Sequence record: SRR16203515_4098
Strand: one strand, 5' to 3'
Length of the DNA stretch: 38,820 nt
Within the stretch, counting starts at the first letter, position 1, and each line of letters starts with the position of its first letter. Positions 17,567 through 27,390 of this stretch are shown here, piece by piece. Below the pieces are notes generated by a model, which did not search any database, was not told the origin of the DNA, and was given only the letters and a program-made list of their open reading frames with translations. The translations under genes were made by a program, and so were the position numbers.

Positions 17567-18244
17567 TTAATCACTAGCGGCTGTTTCAGAGTACTCCCAC
17601 CAAGGGGTAGAGAAATCGATATCATTTTCATCTAACACCTTGGCATAGCGCACCTGAACGGACTCCCAGAAGGCAGCTTTAAAGATAGGATCGTAAATAA
17701 CGAATTCGCCCTTTTCTTGATATTGAGCAAACAGATCACGATAAGCACCTACCGGGGTTAGCGGATTGCTTTGTTGGAAAGCCACTTCGCCGCCGAAGTC
17801 CTGATACAAAGATTTCGACACTTTCCAGCTTTTCGCCATACCTTGTGCCATTGCAAGCCGGTATCGATCGACATCTTGCTGAGAATAGCCCTCTTGCTCG
17901 GCTAAATCCACAGTCCACATTTTAATTACAGAGTACGCCGACTGAACCTCGGCCTCAGTGGGTTCGATATTATTTTTTTGCGCATAATCAGCCAATACCG
18001 ACTCAGAAATTTTTTCACCTAGCGCACGTTGGGCGAGTATTTGACGAATTTCATGGTCAGATTTATCTGTCAGAATAGCTTGAAACCTATCCACATCTTG
18101 TTGGGACGGTTGTAACTCACTGTTGGCTATTGGCTTATCAAATAAGCGCGCAATTATTTCATTTGCCGCCTGAGGCGTATTGATCCCAAGCGACACTAAG
18201 ATGGCACCGAATAGCACCATGGGGATAATGTCAGAACGTGTCAT
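17567..18244 (-). CDS. Hypothetical exported protein
   Basis: Likely start MTRSDIIPMVLFGAILVSLG at ATG 18244, with an N-terminal hydrophobic segment; no family recognised. Confidence 0.6.
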   Translation of the reverse strand: MTRSDIIPMVLFGAILVSLGINTPQAANEIIARLFDKPIANSELQPSQQDVDRFQAILTDKSDHEIRQILAQRALGEKISESVLADYAQKNNIEPTEAEVQSAYSVIKMWTVDLAEQEGYSQQDVDRYRLAMAQGMAKSWKVSKSLYQDFGGEVAFQQSNPLTPVGAYRDLFAQYQEKGEFVIYDPIFKAAFWESVQVRYAKVLDENDIDFSTPWWEYSETAASD

Positions 18245-18371
18245 GTTAAGTACTTCCCTAGATTTTTTGCTAACAGCATGAACACAAAACGTATTCTTTA
18301 GAATTATTAGAATTTTCCATTCGTTTTGCACAATGACGTCGCTGAAGCCTACTACTTTAGGTTATATTGGC

Positions 18372-18785
18372 TTAAATATCCACCTTTTTACGGAGTGACT
18401 TACGCGCACTTCGCTGCTTTTTCGCTTCACCTCGTCGCGCTTTCACTGCACGACTTAACCGCGTAGGCTTGCGTGGCTTTTGCTTTTTGGTGCTATTAAC
18501 AATCCATGAAATTAATCGCTTAAGGGCATCTTCTCGATTCAACTCCTGGGTGCGAAAGTTTTGCGCCTTTAACACAAACACGCCTTCCGTGGTTACCCGG
18601 GTATCATTTAAATTTAATAGTGTGTCTTTCATCGCTTGCGGTAGCGATGAATTTACAATGTCAAAGCGCAAATGGATGGCGCTGCTCACTTTGTTGACAT
18701 TCTGACCACCCGCACCCTGTGCCCGGATGGCCTGCATCTCCACTTCGCTATCGTCTATGGCCACAGAAGGTCTTATTACAAGCAT
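18372..18785 (-). CDS. arfB: Alternative ribosome-rescue peptidyl-tRNA hydrolase ArfB (YaeJ)
   Basis: AIRAQGAGGQNVNKVSSAIHLRFD with the GGQ motif; basic C-terminal tail. Confidence 0.95.
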   Translation of the reverse strand: MLVIRPSVAIDDSEVEMQAIRAQGAGGQNVNKVSSAIHLRFDIVNSSLPQAMKDTLLNLNDTRVTTEGVFVLKAQNFRTQELNREDALKRLISWIVNSTKKQKPRKPTRLSRAVKARRGEAKKQRSARKSLRKKVDI

Positions 18786-18917
18786 ACGTCAGACTCCCCA
18801 ATATAAGACAACTAGTCTGACAGCAATTCGCGGTTTTGTCTAAAAACCCCAGATTGACTCAGCCCCCTTTTATGATTAGTTTATTTTTATACCACCACTA
18901 GGTTAACAGGGAATATT

Positions 18918-19865
18918 TTGGCCTATTTTATTATTTTTGCCCTCATGGTTACGCTAATGTTTCTTACTACTTGGTGGTTTACCCATAACACTAATAAAAG
19001 GGTAGAGCGTCAGTTTCTCCCCAGTGGCGCATTTACCGATGTCGACGGCGGCCGTATTCATTGGCATCAGCAAGGGCAAGGCCCGGCATTGGTATTAATC
19101 CATGGCTTAGCCGGCAATGGCTTAAACTTCTCCACGCTAGCGCGCTATCTCGCTGAAAATTACACCGTATACAATATTGATAGACCAGGTAGCGGCTTCT
19201 CAGAGCGACATGCTGATACCTCGGCAAATTTCGCAAAGCAAAGTCAGATGATTTTACAGTGGATGGACAAGATAGGACTGCCCGGTGCGTTTGTGGTAGG
19301 CCACTCTATGGGTGGTGCTATTTCGTTGCGACTTGCACTCGATGCCCCAGAACGTATCAAAGCAGTTACCCTACTGTGCCCACTTACCACCCCTGCTATG
19401 GAGCCGCCAGGCCCATTGATGTCTCTCTATATTCCCCATACAGGGTTACGCCATTTACTTGCCAATACTATCGCCACGCCTTTGCAAATGCATAGAGGCA
19501 AAAAAAGTATGGCGCAGGTATTTGCCCCTGAAGCAGTACCAAGTTCGTTTGCTATTGAAGGTGGGGGCGGACTTTCATTACATTCTAAACGCTTCTTTCA
19601 CGCTAGTAGTGACATAGTGGCGTCGGGCAGTAGCCTATATAAACAGTTTGAGCGCTATAACGAAATCGCTTGTCCTGTAGGCGTGCTATTTGGAGAGAAT
19701 GACGGGATTTTGCGACCTAACACTCATATACCTGCGGTTACCAATAAGGTGGCGGGCAGTATCAGTGAGATCATTCCTCATGCTGGGCACATGATCCCCA
19801 TTACCAAACCTCACGAGTGCAAGGCCTTTATCGACAAAGTCAACGCGAAGGTGCTTGATGCCTAG
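18918..19865 (+). CDS. Alpha/beta hydrolase, N-terminally anchored
   Basis: LIHGLAG, DRPGSGFS, GHSMGG nucleophile elbow, GEND, AGHM. Confidence 0.88.
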   Translation: MAYFIIFALMVTLMFLTTWWFTHNTNKRVERQFLPSGAFTDVDGGRIHWHQQGQGPALVLIHGLAGNGLNFSTLARYLAENYTVYNIDRPGSGFSERHADTSANFAKQSQMILQWMDKIGLPGAFVVGHSMGGAISLRLALDAPERIKAVTLLCPLTTPAMEPPGPLMSLYIPHTGLRHLLANTIATPLQMHRGKKSMAQVFAPEAVPSSFAIEGGGGLSLHSKRFFHASSDIVASGSSLYKQFERYNEIACPVGVLFGENDGILRPNTHIPAVTNKVAGSISEIIPHAGHMIPITKPHECKAFIDKVNAKVLDA

Positions 19866-20287
19866 TGGGTCAACTCTGTCACATTAGCACTAGCATGTAG
19901 GCCGGGGACGTGAGTGAGCAGCGCACCAGTTAGCGTATCTTGCTTTAACTCACGTAGGTAGTGGGTGGTTTTCTCAATACCATCGTCGGCGAAACACAGG
20001 TCTTTCGGCGAGGCGTTTATTGGGCCTTGGTAACTATGAAACCATAGTCGCATGGCATCGGTGTCCCCTTCTGACATAGCAATGAGTAAATGATACATAC
20101 GAATGAACGACAGCTGTCGACGGTATTCTAAGGTGCCACTTTCAAAGCCTAATAGTAGCGTCTGACGTAACGCGCTTTCAGAAATACCAAGTAATTCAGA
20201 AGCTTCCGCCTGACTTAAGCCCAAATCCTGATAGGCCCATGTAAATGCCTTAAATACCACACTAGGTGGATACGCCGATTTCATCAT
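19862..20287 (-). CDS. Xre/MbcA/ParS-like (DUF2384) antitoxin-family protein, orphan
   Basis: LGLSQAEASELLGISES HTH; FIRMYHLL...WFHS...PKDL...G pattern; GAGGTG RBS before ATG 20287/20284. Confidence 0.7.
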   Translation of the reverse strand: MMKSAYPPSVVFKAFTWAYQDLGLSQAEASELLGISESALRQTLLLGFESGTLEYRRQLSFIRMYHLLIAMSEGDTDAMRLWFHSYQGPINASPKDLCFADDGIEKTTHYLRELKQDTLTGALLTHVPGLHASANVTELTH

Positions 20288-20337
20288 AATGTCACCTCGG
20301 TTAAACCTTGTTAAAAAGCTCACTTACTCTTTGCTAT

Positions 20338-20353
20338 CGCAAATACCGTTCCA
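20338..20353 (-). promoter_or_regulatory. sigma54 promoter upstream of the antitoxin-like gene
   Basis: Minus strand TGGAAC-GGTAT-TTGCG, GG-N10-GC spacing. Confidence 0.6.
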
Positions 20354-20631
20354 CTGTGCACACTGAGCAAAAACAAAGTCATCTATGCATTAAGGGAAAA
20401 TATTAAAAGCGCTTATAAAACAACGCTAAATGAGCGAAAATGCGAGTTGGAGCTGTTGGCAAAAAAGTAAAACCGCTTAAACCCTATGCCGGTATGAAAA
20501 AATTTTGTATGCGTTGGCGTGACACTAATCTGCAACGCTAAATGCAGTTTAATGGTATTGTAAACAAAATGTTATAGACCTTAGCGCAATAGGTAACCTA
20601 TCCTATTACGCTAAGGTATGTGGATAGCCTA

Positions 20632-21195
20632 TTATGCCGCTAGAACTTGAATAAGCTGGGAAAAAGTGGGTTTATCTTGAATGTTTAAGGGCGCTTTTAA
20701 GCCTCGAGCAATATCACTTACACTAATAACCCCTCTAACTTCATGGTTATTCCTATCTAACACCAAACAATGGTGCTGCCCATAATCTTTCAGTGTTTCA
20801 ATGACGTCGCCCACTGACGAACGGACTAATTCATTAAAATCGAAAGACATAAGCGAGGTTTTTAGCTGAGTGAAATCTCGTACCTGTAACTCTTCACGGG
20901 TGACGTTTAGCTCAACCGTGCGCTGCATAATATGCTGCTCATCCACATCATCGGCCGTCACTACCCCGATAAATTCATTGTCAGCATTAACCACTAACAT
21001 CATACGCACATGAGACTGACGCATAATGTTTTCCACTTTTATGGCCGGTTCACTGGCGTTGATTACATGGGGGGTATACTGTTTAAAATCGGTGAACACC
21101 ACCATAGCGGACGACGATTTTGAGATAGGGTTTTCAATCACCGGCCACACTAGAGTATCGGCCGCATCGGTTTTATAAAGCGGTAAAGTATGCAT
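20632..21195 (-). CDS. CBS-pair domain protein
   Basis: VRMMLVVNADNEFIGVVTADD and HHCLVLD...RGVISVSDI; AGGAG RBS. Confidence 0.88.
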   Translation of the reverse strand: MHTLPLYKTDAADTLVWPVIENPISKSSSAMVVFTDFKQYTPHVINASEPAIKVENIMRQSHVRMMLVVNADNEFIGVVTADDVDEQHIMQRTVELNVTREELQVRDFTQLKTSLMSFDFNELVRSSVGDVIETLKDYGQHHCLVLDRNNHEVRGVISVSDIARGLKAPLNIQDKPTFSQLIQVLAA

Positions 21196-21241
21196 TACCT
21201 TTCTCCTAAAAATTAAGTATAAATTGTATAAAAATGCGTCA

Positions 21242-21535
21242 TTAACTTAATTTAGGAGGGGCGCGAATAATGCTGGTGCCTAGCCTAACTTGGCGGGGCG
21301 CTTGATGATACAGGCGGAAGGCGGCATAAGAAGTGACACCACGAATAGTTGAACTTAACGACGTAGGGGCGTCGGTATCACCGCCATCGGTGGGATCAAT
21401 ACTACCGTTAAGGGCAAAACAAGCCGAAAGCGAGTAGCCACTTTCCTCGATTACCTCTCGACCACCCGCACTCTCGCCACCTTGATCGGGCACCGCAAAA
21501 GAAAGGGTTAGTAGTAGAAGTAGTAAACTCGACAT
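21242..21535 (-). CDS. RAPP-motif leader (putative ribosome-arrest) protein upstream of the CBS gene
   Basis: MSSLLLLLLTLSFA signal-like N-terminus; ends IIRAPPKLS*; its 3' end is complementary to the downstream SD. Confidence 0.68.
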   Translation of the reverse strand: MSSLLLLLLTLSFAVPDQGGESAGGREVIEESGYSLSACFALNGSIDPTDGGDTDAPTSLSSTIRGVTSYAAFRLYHQAPRQVRLGTSIIRAPPKLS

Positions 21536-21758
21536 TGCCTTATCAGTAGCCAACAAAAATTAACTTGTTATAGCTACTATAGGCCCGTTTATCCCCATCT
21601 AAAGCACCAACAATCCTAATTATTGTTGATTCTGTCTCATAGGTAAGGCGAGGTGATGATTTTTCGCGATGGGTAAATGCTACAAGGGGTGATAGACCTC
21701 CGCCATATGCCAAGATGCGGCGGAGGTCGAAATTGTAGACGCTTAATAAAACACTAAC

Positions 21759-23051
21759 TTAGTGCAGCTTTAATTTTGGGCTAATGGCGTGGCTAAGCTT
21801 TTTAATTAACAACTTGAGCGTGCCTTTCAGCTTTCCGTGTACCGCAAACTGATGCATATTATAAAGCGACACATACACAAGTTTAGCCAGTCGCCCTTCC
21901 ACGAACATACTGCTATTAGATAATGAGCCCATCAGGCTGCCTACGGTACTGTATTTACTTAAGTGTACTAACGAGCCATAGTCTTTATAGCTATAGTCTT
22001 TGAGGCTTTTGTTGGCAAAAATAGCACGCAGGTTATAGGCCACGGTATCAGCCATTTGGTGAGCCGATTGCGCCCGCGGCGGCACCCATTTCCCATCACT
22101 TTGTTGAAATCCACAACAATCCCCTAATACCCAAATATTACTCTGAGTACGACTACGAAGGTGCTTATCAACCAAAATTTGGTTCGCCCGATTGGTTTCA
22201 AATAAGTCCATTTCGGTAATAAAGTCTGGCGCTTTAACCCCTGCTGCCCACACCATAAGATCGGCATCAATACGCCCACCGTCTTTAGTGATAAGTCCGT
22301 TTGCGTCGGCTTCTGCCACCATGGTTTGTTCTTTAATATCCACGCCGAGTTTATGTAATGCTTTACGCGCCGAATTAGCGATGCGCTCAGGTAACGCAGG
22401 TAAAATACGCTGCCCAGCTTCCACTATGGTTATTTTCAACCGCGAGGCAGACATATCCGGCATACCATAAGCTTTCGATAGATTAGCCACATGGTGCAAT
22501 TGTGCCGCCAGTTCGGTGCCGGTTGCGCCCGCACCTACAATGGCCACCTTAATGAAACCATCACAGGTTTCTTGTTGGTTAATTCTGATCAGTTGGTTGA
22601 GCAAAGCGCGATGAAAACGTTCAGCTTGCATTAGCGAGTCGAGAAAATAGCAATGCTGACTGACACCCGGGGTACCAAAATCATTGCTGACGCTACCAAT
22701 AGCAAGTACCAACTCGTCGTATTGTACTTCCCGGCGAGGTAATACTTCGGTGCCTTCCTCATCAAAAAGGGGCGCTAGCGTAATGGTTTTATCTTGTGCG
22801 TTAATGGCACACATTTCGCCTAACTGGAAACGGTAGTGATGGGCAGCAGCATGTATAGCGTAGTCAACGCCATCTGAGTGCTTATCGATGATACCGGCCG
22901 CCACTTCATGTAATAGCGGCTTCCAGATATGGGTTCGACTTCGGTCGACTAGGGTTATATCGGCTTGCTTTTTTCTCCCGAGGGTGCGGCTTAAACGACT
23001 CGCCAGCTCAAGGCCTCCTGCGCCGCCACCAACAATTACTATTTTTTGCAT
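21759..23051 (-). CDS. ndh: Type II NADH dehydrogenase
   Basis: IVIVGGGAGGLE, HIWKPLLHEVAAG, AIVGAGATGTELAA, WAAG, VPPRAQSAHQ. Alternative GTG start at 23060. Confidence 0.93.
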   Translation of the reverse strand: MQKIVIVGGGAGGLELASRLSRTLGRKKQADITLVDRSRTHIWKPLLHEVAAGIIDKHSDGVDYAIHAAAHHYRFQLGEMCAINAQDKTITLAPLFDEEGTEVLPRREVQYDELVLAIGSVSNDFGTPGVSQHCYFLDSLMQAERFHRALLNQLIRINQQETCDGFIKVAIVGAGATGTELAAQLHHVANLSKAYGMPDMSASRLKITIVEAGQRILPALPERIANSARKALHKLGVDIKEQTMVAEADANGLITKDGGRIDADLMVWAAGVKAPDFITEMDLFETNRANQILVDKHLRSRTQSNIWVLGDCCGFQQSDGKWVPPRAQSAHQMADTVAYNLRAIFANKSLKDYSYKDYGSLVHLSKYSTVGSLMGSLSNSSMFVEGRLAKLVYVSLYNMHQFAVHGKLKGTLKLLIKKLSHAISPKLKLH

Positions 23052-23250
23052 GGGTTTCACCTATTAACAATCATTCCACGTATCAACGCTTAAAAAAACG
23101 ACCATACGTGGGGTGACTGCGCCCATGCGTTACAAAAATAGTGTTAGAACATAGTATAAGGGTGATGTATATAGTGCCGTAGAGTACGCCTGAAACCCTC
23201 TTATCTCAAGGGCGTCAGGCTTATATTCAATATAATTATGCTATAGCTTA

Positions 23251-25326
23251 TTAGAAAGTGTGCGTGGCGCTGAGCATAAATGAGCGGGGGCGGCCGGGGA
23301 AATAACGCTCTTGCGAGAACACAGTGTAATCCGCACGTTCGGCGTAGGCCGTATCGAGTAAATTGTTGATATTGAGGGCTAGGGCAGTATTCGCACGCCA
23401 GTCATACTGCAATCGCACATGCAGCAAATGATGACCTTCATATTCATGGGCATTTTCAATGTCGGTAAAGTAGCGTGAAACATACTGCCATTCCAGTTCT
23501 GACCTCCATTGCTCATTTAATGTATAGCCTAGTCGGGTGTTAACCTGTGCCCGAGGTGCCGTGTCGACATCATTACCTTTTATATCCACTTCGCCAGACA
23601 ACTGGTTGTGCTCATAGGTATGGCGGGCATAACTTCCCGCTATAGCCACGTCGATATCCGAGGTAACACGATAATTAAGCGTTAACTCCACCCCTCTATG
23701 CCAGGTTTCACCATTATTGATATTGAAAAAATTGCTGTCGCGGTAAATAACATTGTCCTTGCGTAAGCTATAGAGTGCCAAGGTATAGTTACCCTGCGAC
23801 AATGTGTGCTGCACACCAGCTTCAAAGTTCGTTGCGATAACCGCGTCTAAATCTGCCACTTGTTGCGCCCGTTGTAAGCGGTATAACTCGGTTGCTTGGG
23901 GGGCGCGATAACCTTGAGATAAGCCAGCATACCAGCGAACATTTGGGGCAGCTTGATAGCTTATTGCCAATTTGGGGCTAAAATTGCTAAATTGATTGTC
24001 ACCGCTTTCGGGCCGTGAATACCGACAACCGCCAAACGCGCAAGCAGTGCCATCGTCACGAGTACGGCCGGCCAGCATATTATTGCTATAGTCATAGGCC
24101 ATGCGCTCATAACGGCCTCCCAGCGACAGATTCCAACTATCATATTGCCAATTCAGTGCGACAAAGGGGGCGACCAGGGTTGCATCAACATCATAATCGT
24201 AGTGTTTACCTTCTGGCACGGTTGCCACTAAAAAGTCAGAGCCTAGGGTAGGCCCATCTTGAGATTGAACCAAGCCACCTTGGGTATACTCGAGATCTAT
24301 GCCGGTATCGACATAAAAATGGTGGCTAATAAGGTGGCGATATTGAGACAGCACCCCCACCCCTTTTTGGTCGTTTTGCTCTAGCGGTTTACCGGGTAAA
24401 AAGTGCATGCGAAAGTCCATGTCTTGGTTTCGCAGATAGGGCGTTATTGACAGTGCGTTACCGTTATCGAAGGTGATATCGGCTTTACTCCATATGCGTA
24501 GACTTTTTGCCTGTCGAAATGCTTCTGGGTTAGGGTTGCTTCTGACCGCTTGCGGGTTTTTGTAACTTTCAAAGCCACTAATATAGCCAGCGGTATCTTG
24601 TGCTAAATGGGTGTAAGTTAGCCCCGACGTTAGAGTAACGTCCTGAAAGTTATGTCTGTATCTTAGATTGACCTTTTCTTGATCAACACCTTCGTCATTT
24701 CTATACCCCGTATCACGGGTAATACTGGCATTAATGCCTATACCACTGTCACCGTTATCTTTGCCTTGTCTTAGCTTAACCCGGTGATAACCATAAGAGC
24801 CATAGTCGACACCCACTAAGCCGCCCCCTTGCGTGGTATCTGGCGTCACTACATTAATTACGCCATGAATGGCGTTAGAGCCATACAATACTGAGTTAGG
24901 GCCTTTTATCACCTCTATACGTTCAGCCATTTCACTATGGGCTTCAAACAGTTCGTTGATGTTACAAAACCCCGCGGCGCGCAGGGCAATACCATCCTCG
25001 GCAGCTAAAATGCCGCCACAGGCTCCCGCCCCGGTGAGCACCGGCGAGCGAAGGGCAGGCAAATACTCTTGTCCATTTCCCCTTTGCACACCCGCGCCAG
25101 CAATATAATTTAAGGCTTCTTGTACATGCTGCAATGACAGTGTGGAGAGTGTTTGTTGAGAGACCCTTGATACCGGATAGGCAGCGTCATTTTCTTGCTT
25201 AGCAATGCGTGACGTAGTGGTAACGATCCGCTCGATGTTTTCTTCGCTTTGTGCAAATGAAGGTGGCAGTGCTACTACCCCTACACACAGGGTTAAACTC
25301 GGTAACACACGCACAATATTCAGCAT
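23251..25326 (-). CDS. TonB-dependent receptor
   Basis: Likely start ATG 25326 after GGAGAAGAG; ERIEVIKGPNSVLYGSNAIHGVINV, NNLLD, PGRPRSF, C-terminal Phe. Confidence 0.92.
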   Translation of the reverse strand: MLNIVRVLPSLTLCVGVVALPPSFAQSEENIERIVTTTSRIAKQENDAAYPVSRVSQQTLSTLSLQHVQEALNYIAGAGVQRGNGQEYLPALRSPVLTGAGACGGILAAEDGIALRAAGFCNINELFEAHSEMAERIEVIKGPNSVLYGSNAIHGVINVVTPDTTQGGGLVGVDYGSYGYHRVKLRQGKDNGDSGIGINASITRDTGYRNDEGVDQEKVNLRYRHNFQDVTLTSGLTYTHLAQDTAGYISGFESYKNPQAVRSNPNPEAFRQAKSLRIWSKADITFDNGNALSITPYLRNQDMDFRMHFLPGKPLEQNDQKGVGVLSQYRHLISHHFYVDTGIDLEYTQGGLVQSQDGPTLGSDFLVATVPEGKHYDYDVDATLVAPFVALNWQYDSWNLSLGGRYERMAYDYSNNMLAGRTRDDGTACAFGGCRYSRPESGDNQFSNFSPKLAISYQAAPNVRWYAGLSQGYRAPQATELYRLQRAQQVADLDAVIATNFEAGVQHTLSQGNYTLALYSLRKDNVIYRDSNFFNINNGETWHRGVELTLNYRVTSDIDVAIAGSYARHTYEHNQLSGEVDIKGNDVDTAPRAQVNTRLGYTLNEQWRSELEWQYVSRYFTDIENAHEYEGHHLLHVRLQYDWRANTALALNINNLLDTAYAERADYTVFSQERYFPGRPRSFMLSATHTF

Positions 25327-25526
25327 CTCTTCTCCATTTACCGTTTCGGGATTGCAAGTACCCACCACTTGTAGGTGCACAAGTGTATGCATTAAAGTGG
25401 CCCGATGAAAGGGCTGATTCACACAGAATCTATAAGCTTTTTTCATCTCAGCTAGTGGGTTTACTGGGTTTATTAGGTACACTTATCCCTTTGTGTAACC
25501 CTAACCATATTGCGGGAGCTCTTTCA

Positions 25527-25970
25527 TTGAACGTATTAATACCCAGCCTTTCTCAGCTCATTGAATTCGCCGTCGCGCCAGTATTTCTACTCACCGGTAT
25601 CGCCGGCTTTCTTAACGTTATGTCTTCCCGGTTAGGCAGAATATCAGACCGCGTTCGGGTGGCTGAACGACAAATTCACACCCTATCCGACCCGCATATT
25701 GTTGAGGGCTCAAAAAGGGAAATTAAAATACTATGGCGGCGGGTGAAGGTGATTAACTGGGCGATTGGCTTATGTGTCGCATCAGGCCTATTGGTGTGTA
25801 CCGTGATCATGGCACTATTTGCCGGCTCACTGTGGTTGGTAGATTTAAAAACCCCTGTGGTGGTGCTGTTTATTTTAGCGATGGCTTTTCTGATCAGCGC
25901 GTTAGTGGTGTTCTTGCTAGAAGTTAAACTAGCCACAAAAACCATTAATATGGTTCGCACCATTCGCTGA
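25527..25970 (+). CDS. DUF2721 family membrane protein
   Basis: TTG start after GGGAG; AVAPVFLLTGIAGFLNVMSSRLGRISDR signature; 3 TM segments. Confidence 0.82.
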   Translation: MNVLIPSLSQLIEFAVAPVFLLTGIAGFLNVMSSRLGRISDRVRVAERQIHTLSDPHIVEGSKREIKILWRRVKVINWAIGLCVASGLLVCTVIMALFAGSLWLVDLKTPVVVLFILAMAFLISALVVFLLEVKLATKTINMVRTIR

Positions 25971-26032
25971 TTGCAGCAAGATAGGGAAAGCCACGACGGA
26001 TAATGTGGGTCGCGGCTTTCATCTTTTTTTAG

Positions 26033-27025
26033 TTATTCAGCCAGTTGGTCAAGTACTGAGAAAAGCACATTAGCGCCAACCCGAGACACTTCCTTGTCGT
26101 ACAGATTTTCGGTATTTAGCCCTTCTTGTCCGCCGGCCAAGTCGCTGATAGCTCGAATTACCATCCAGTCAACATTATTAACGGTACACACCTGTCCCAC
26201 TGCGGCCGACTCCATTTCAGTAACTTCAGCATTGAAAACATCCCGTGTCCATTGGCGGTACTCTCGGTTATCCATAAAGACTGAGCCGGTAATACCGTTT
26301 CCTCCTACAAACAACTTGGCATCACGCTGATCAAGAATACGTTGCGTTGGCATGGTTTCCATGGCCGATTTCGCTGCCGCTAACAGCCGAGGGGTGGCAG
26401 AAAAATAGGCGGTGTCTTGTGGCTTCTCCATGCCGTCCTTAATAATTAATACTTCATCGGGGTGGATAAAGTGGAAAGGTTTGTAATTCGGCAGATGGGG
26501 ATCTTTGGCACGACGGCGTGGTTGCTCTTGCATAAATGCAGCATAATATTCTGGCAACACATATTCGCCCGGTTCTTCGGCGCTTTCGTTGGTATAGACA
26601 CTTTCATCATGGTAATACCAACGCGCCGGTACAATAACGTCCCCCGGTTGCCACTTAGGGTTTACTGCCCCCGCGATCCCCATATACACCACCTGCTCTA
26701 TGGGAAAGTAGTCTAACGCCATTTGCATGGTCATCGCGGCATTCGCAATACTCATGCCGGTTGCAAAAACTAAAATTGGCTCGTCATGATAAGTGCCTAT
26801 TCGATAGGTCACCCCTTTAATGGTCGTTGAGCTTTCAATGGTGGCCTCGGGGTCGCTTTCGATACGATTTAAAATACCCTCCATTTCAGGTGCATACGCC
26901 ACTACCACTGCGGTTAGTGCCTCACCGTGATAAACCTGCACCCCATGATTGTTGGTGTGTGTCGCACATCCGGTGAGCCAGGTCATCAGTGGCACGATAA
27001 TTAACAGTAAACCTATTTTCTTCAT
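26033..27025 (-). CDS. MTA/SAH nucleosidase-family (PNP_UDP_1) lipoprotein
   Basis: Lipobox LTGC; GIAGAV, GDVIV, EMESAAVGQVC, IRAISDLAGG. Confidence 0.88.
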   Translation of the reverse strand: MKKIGLLLIIVPLMTWLTGCATHTNNHGVQVYHGEALTAVVVAYAPEMEGILNRIESDPEATIESSTTIKGVTYRIGTYHDEPILVFATGMSIANAAMTMQMALDYFPIEQVVYMGIAGAVNPKWQPGDVIVPARWYYHDESVYTNESAEEPGEYVLPEYYAAFMQEQPRRRAKDPHLPNYKPFHFIHPDEVLIIKDGMEKPQDTAYFSATPRLLAAAKSAMETMPTQRILDQRDAKLFVGGNGITGSVFMDNREYRQWTRDVFNAEVTEMESAAVGQVCTVNNVDWMVIRAISDLAGGQEGLNTENLYDKEVSRVGANVLFSVLDQLAE

Positions 27026-27390
27026 TTTTTGCTCTGCGTTTGTTTAGCATAATTAAAGTAAATGTTGTGTAAAGCTAAAACCACCTCCCCCCTGAATGGG
27101 TCTAGTAGTGATAACTTAGGCAATAAACTATCAGGTTTAAACAGTAAATAAAGAAGTAAAACCCCTATTTACATTTAAAAAACAGATTATAAACATAACC
27201 CACACAAGCGCTCGCTATGCCTACTTTTTTGGAATATATGCGCGGATAATTAACCTAAAATACGCTTAGTTGCAGCTAAATGCGGTCAACACTACTGTAG
27301 TCTTCATGGCTTTGTTTTACATTAGGCGTAAATAACGACTAATACTTTAGGATAAGAAAGCTAACGCTTTTGAAAATAGGATTTTGTAAG

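Noticed and set aside
18372-18785. Functional link between arfB and the two RAPP leaders
   Set aside because: Not adjacent or co-transcribed, and arfB is a common gene; there is only proximity.
25251-25526. Long overlap of the TBDR and DUF2721 ORFs in the ORF track
   Set aside because: Artefact of earliest-start calling; RBS-supported starts at 25326 (-) and 25527 (+) remove the overlap.
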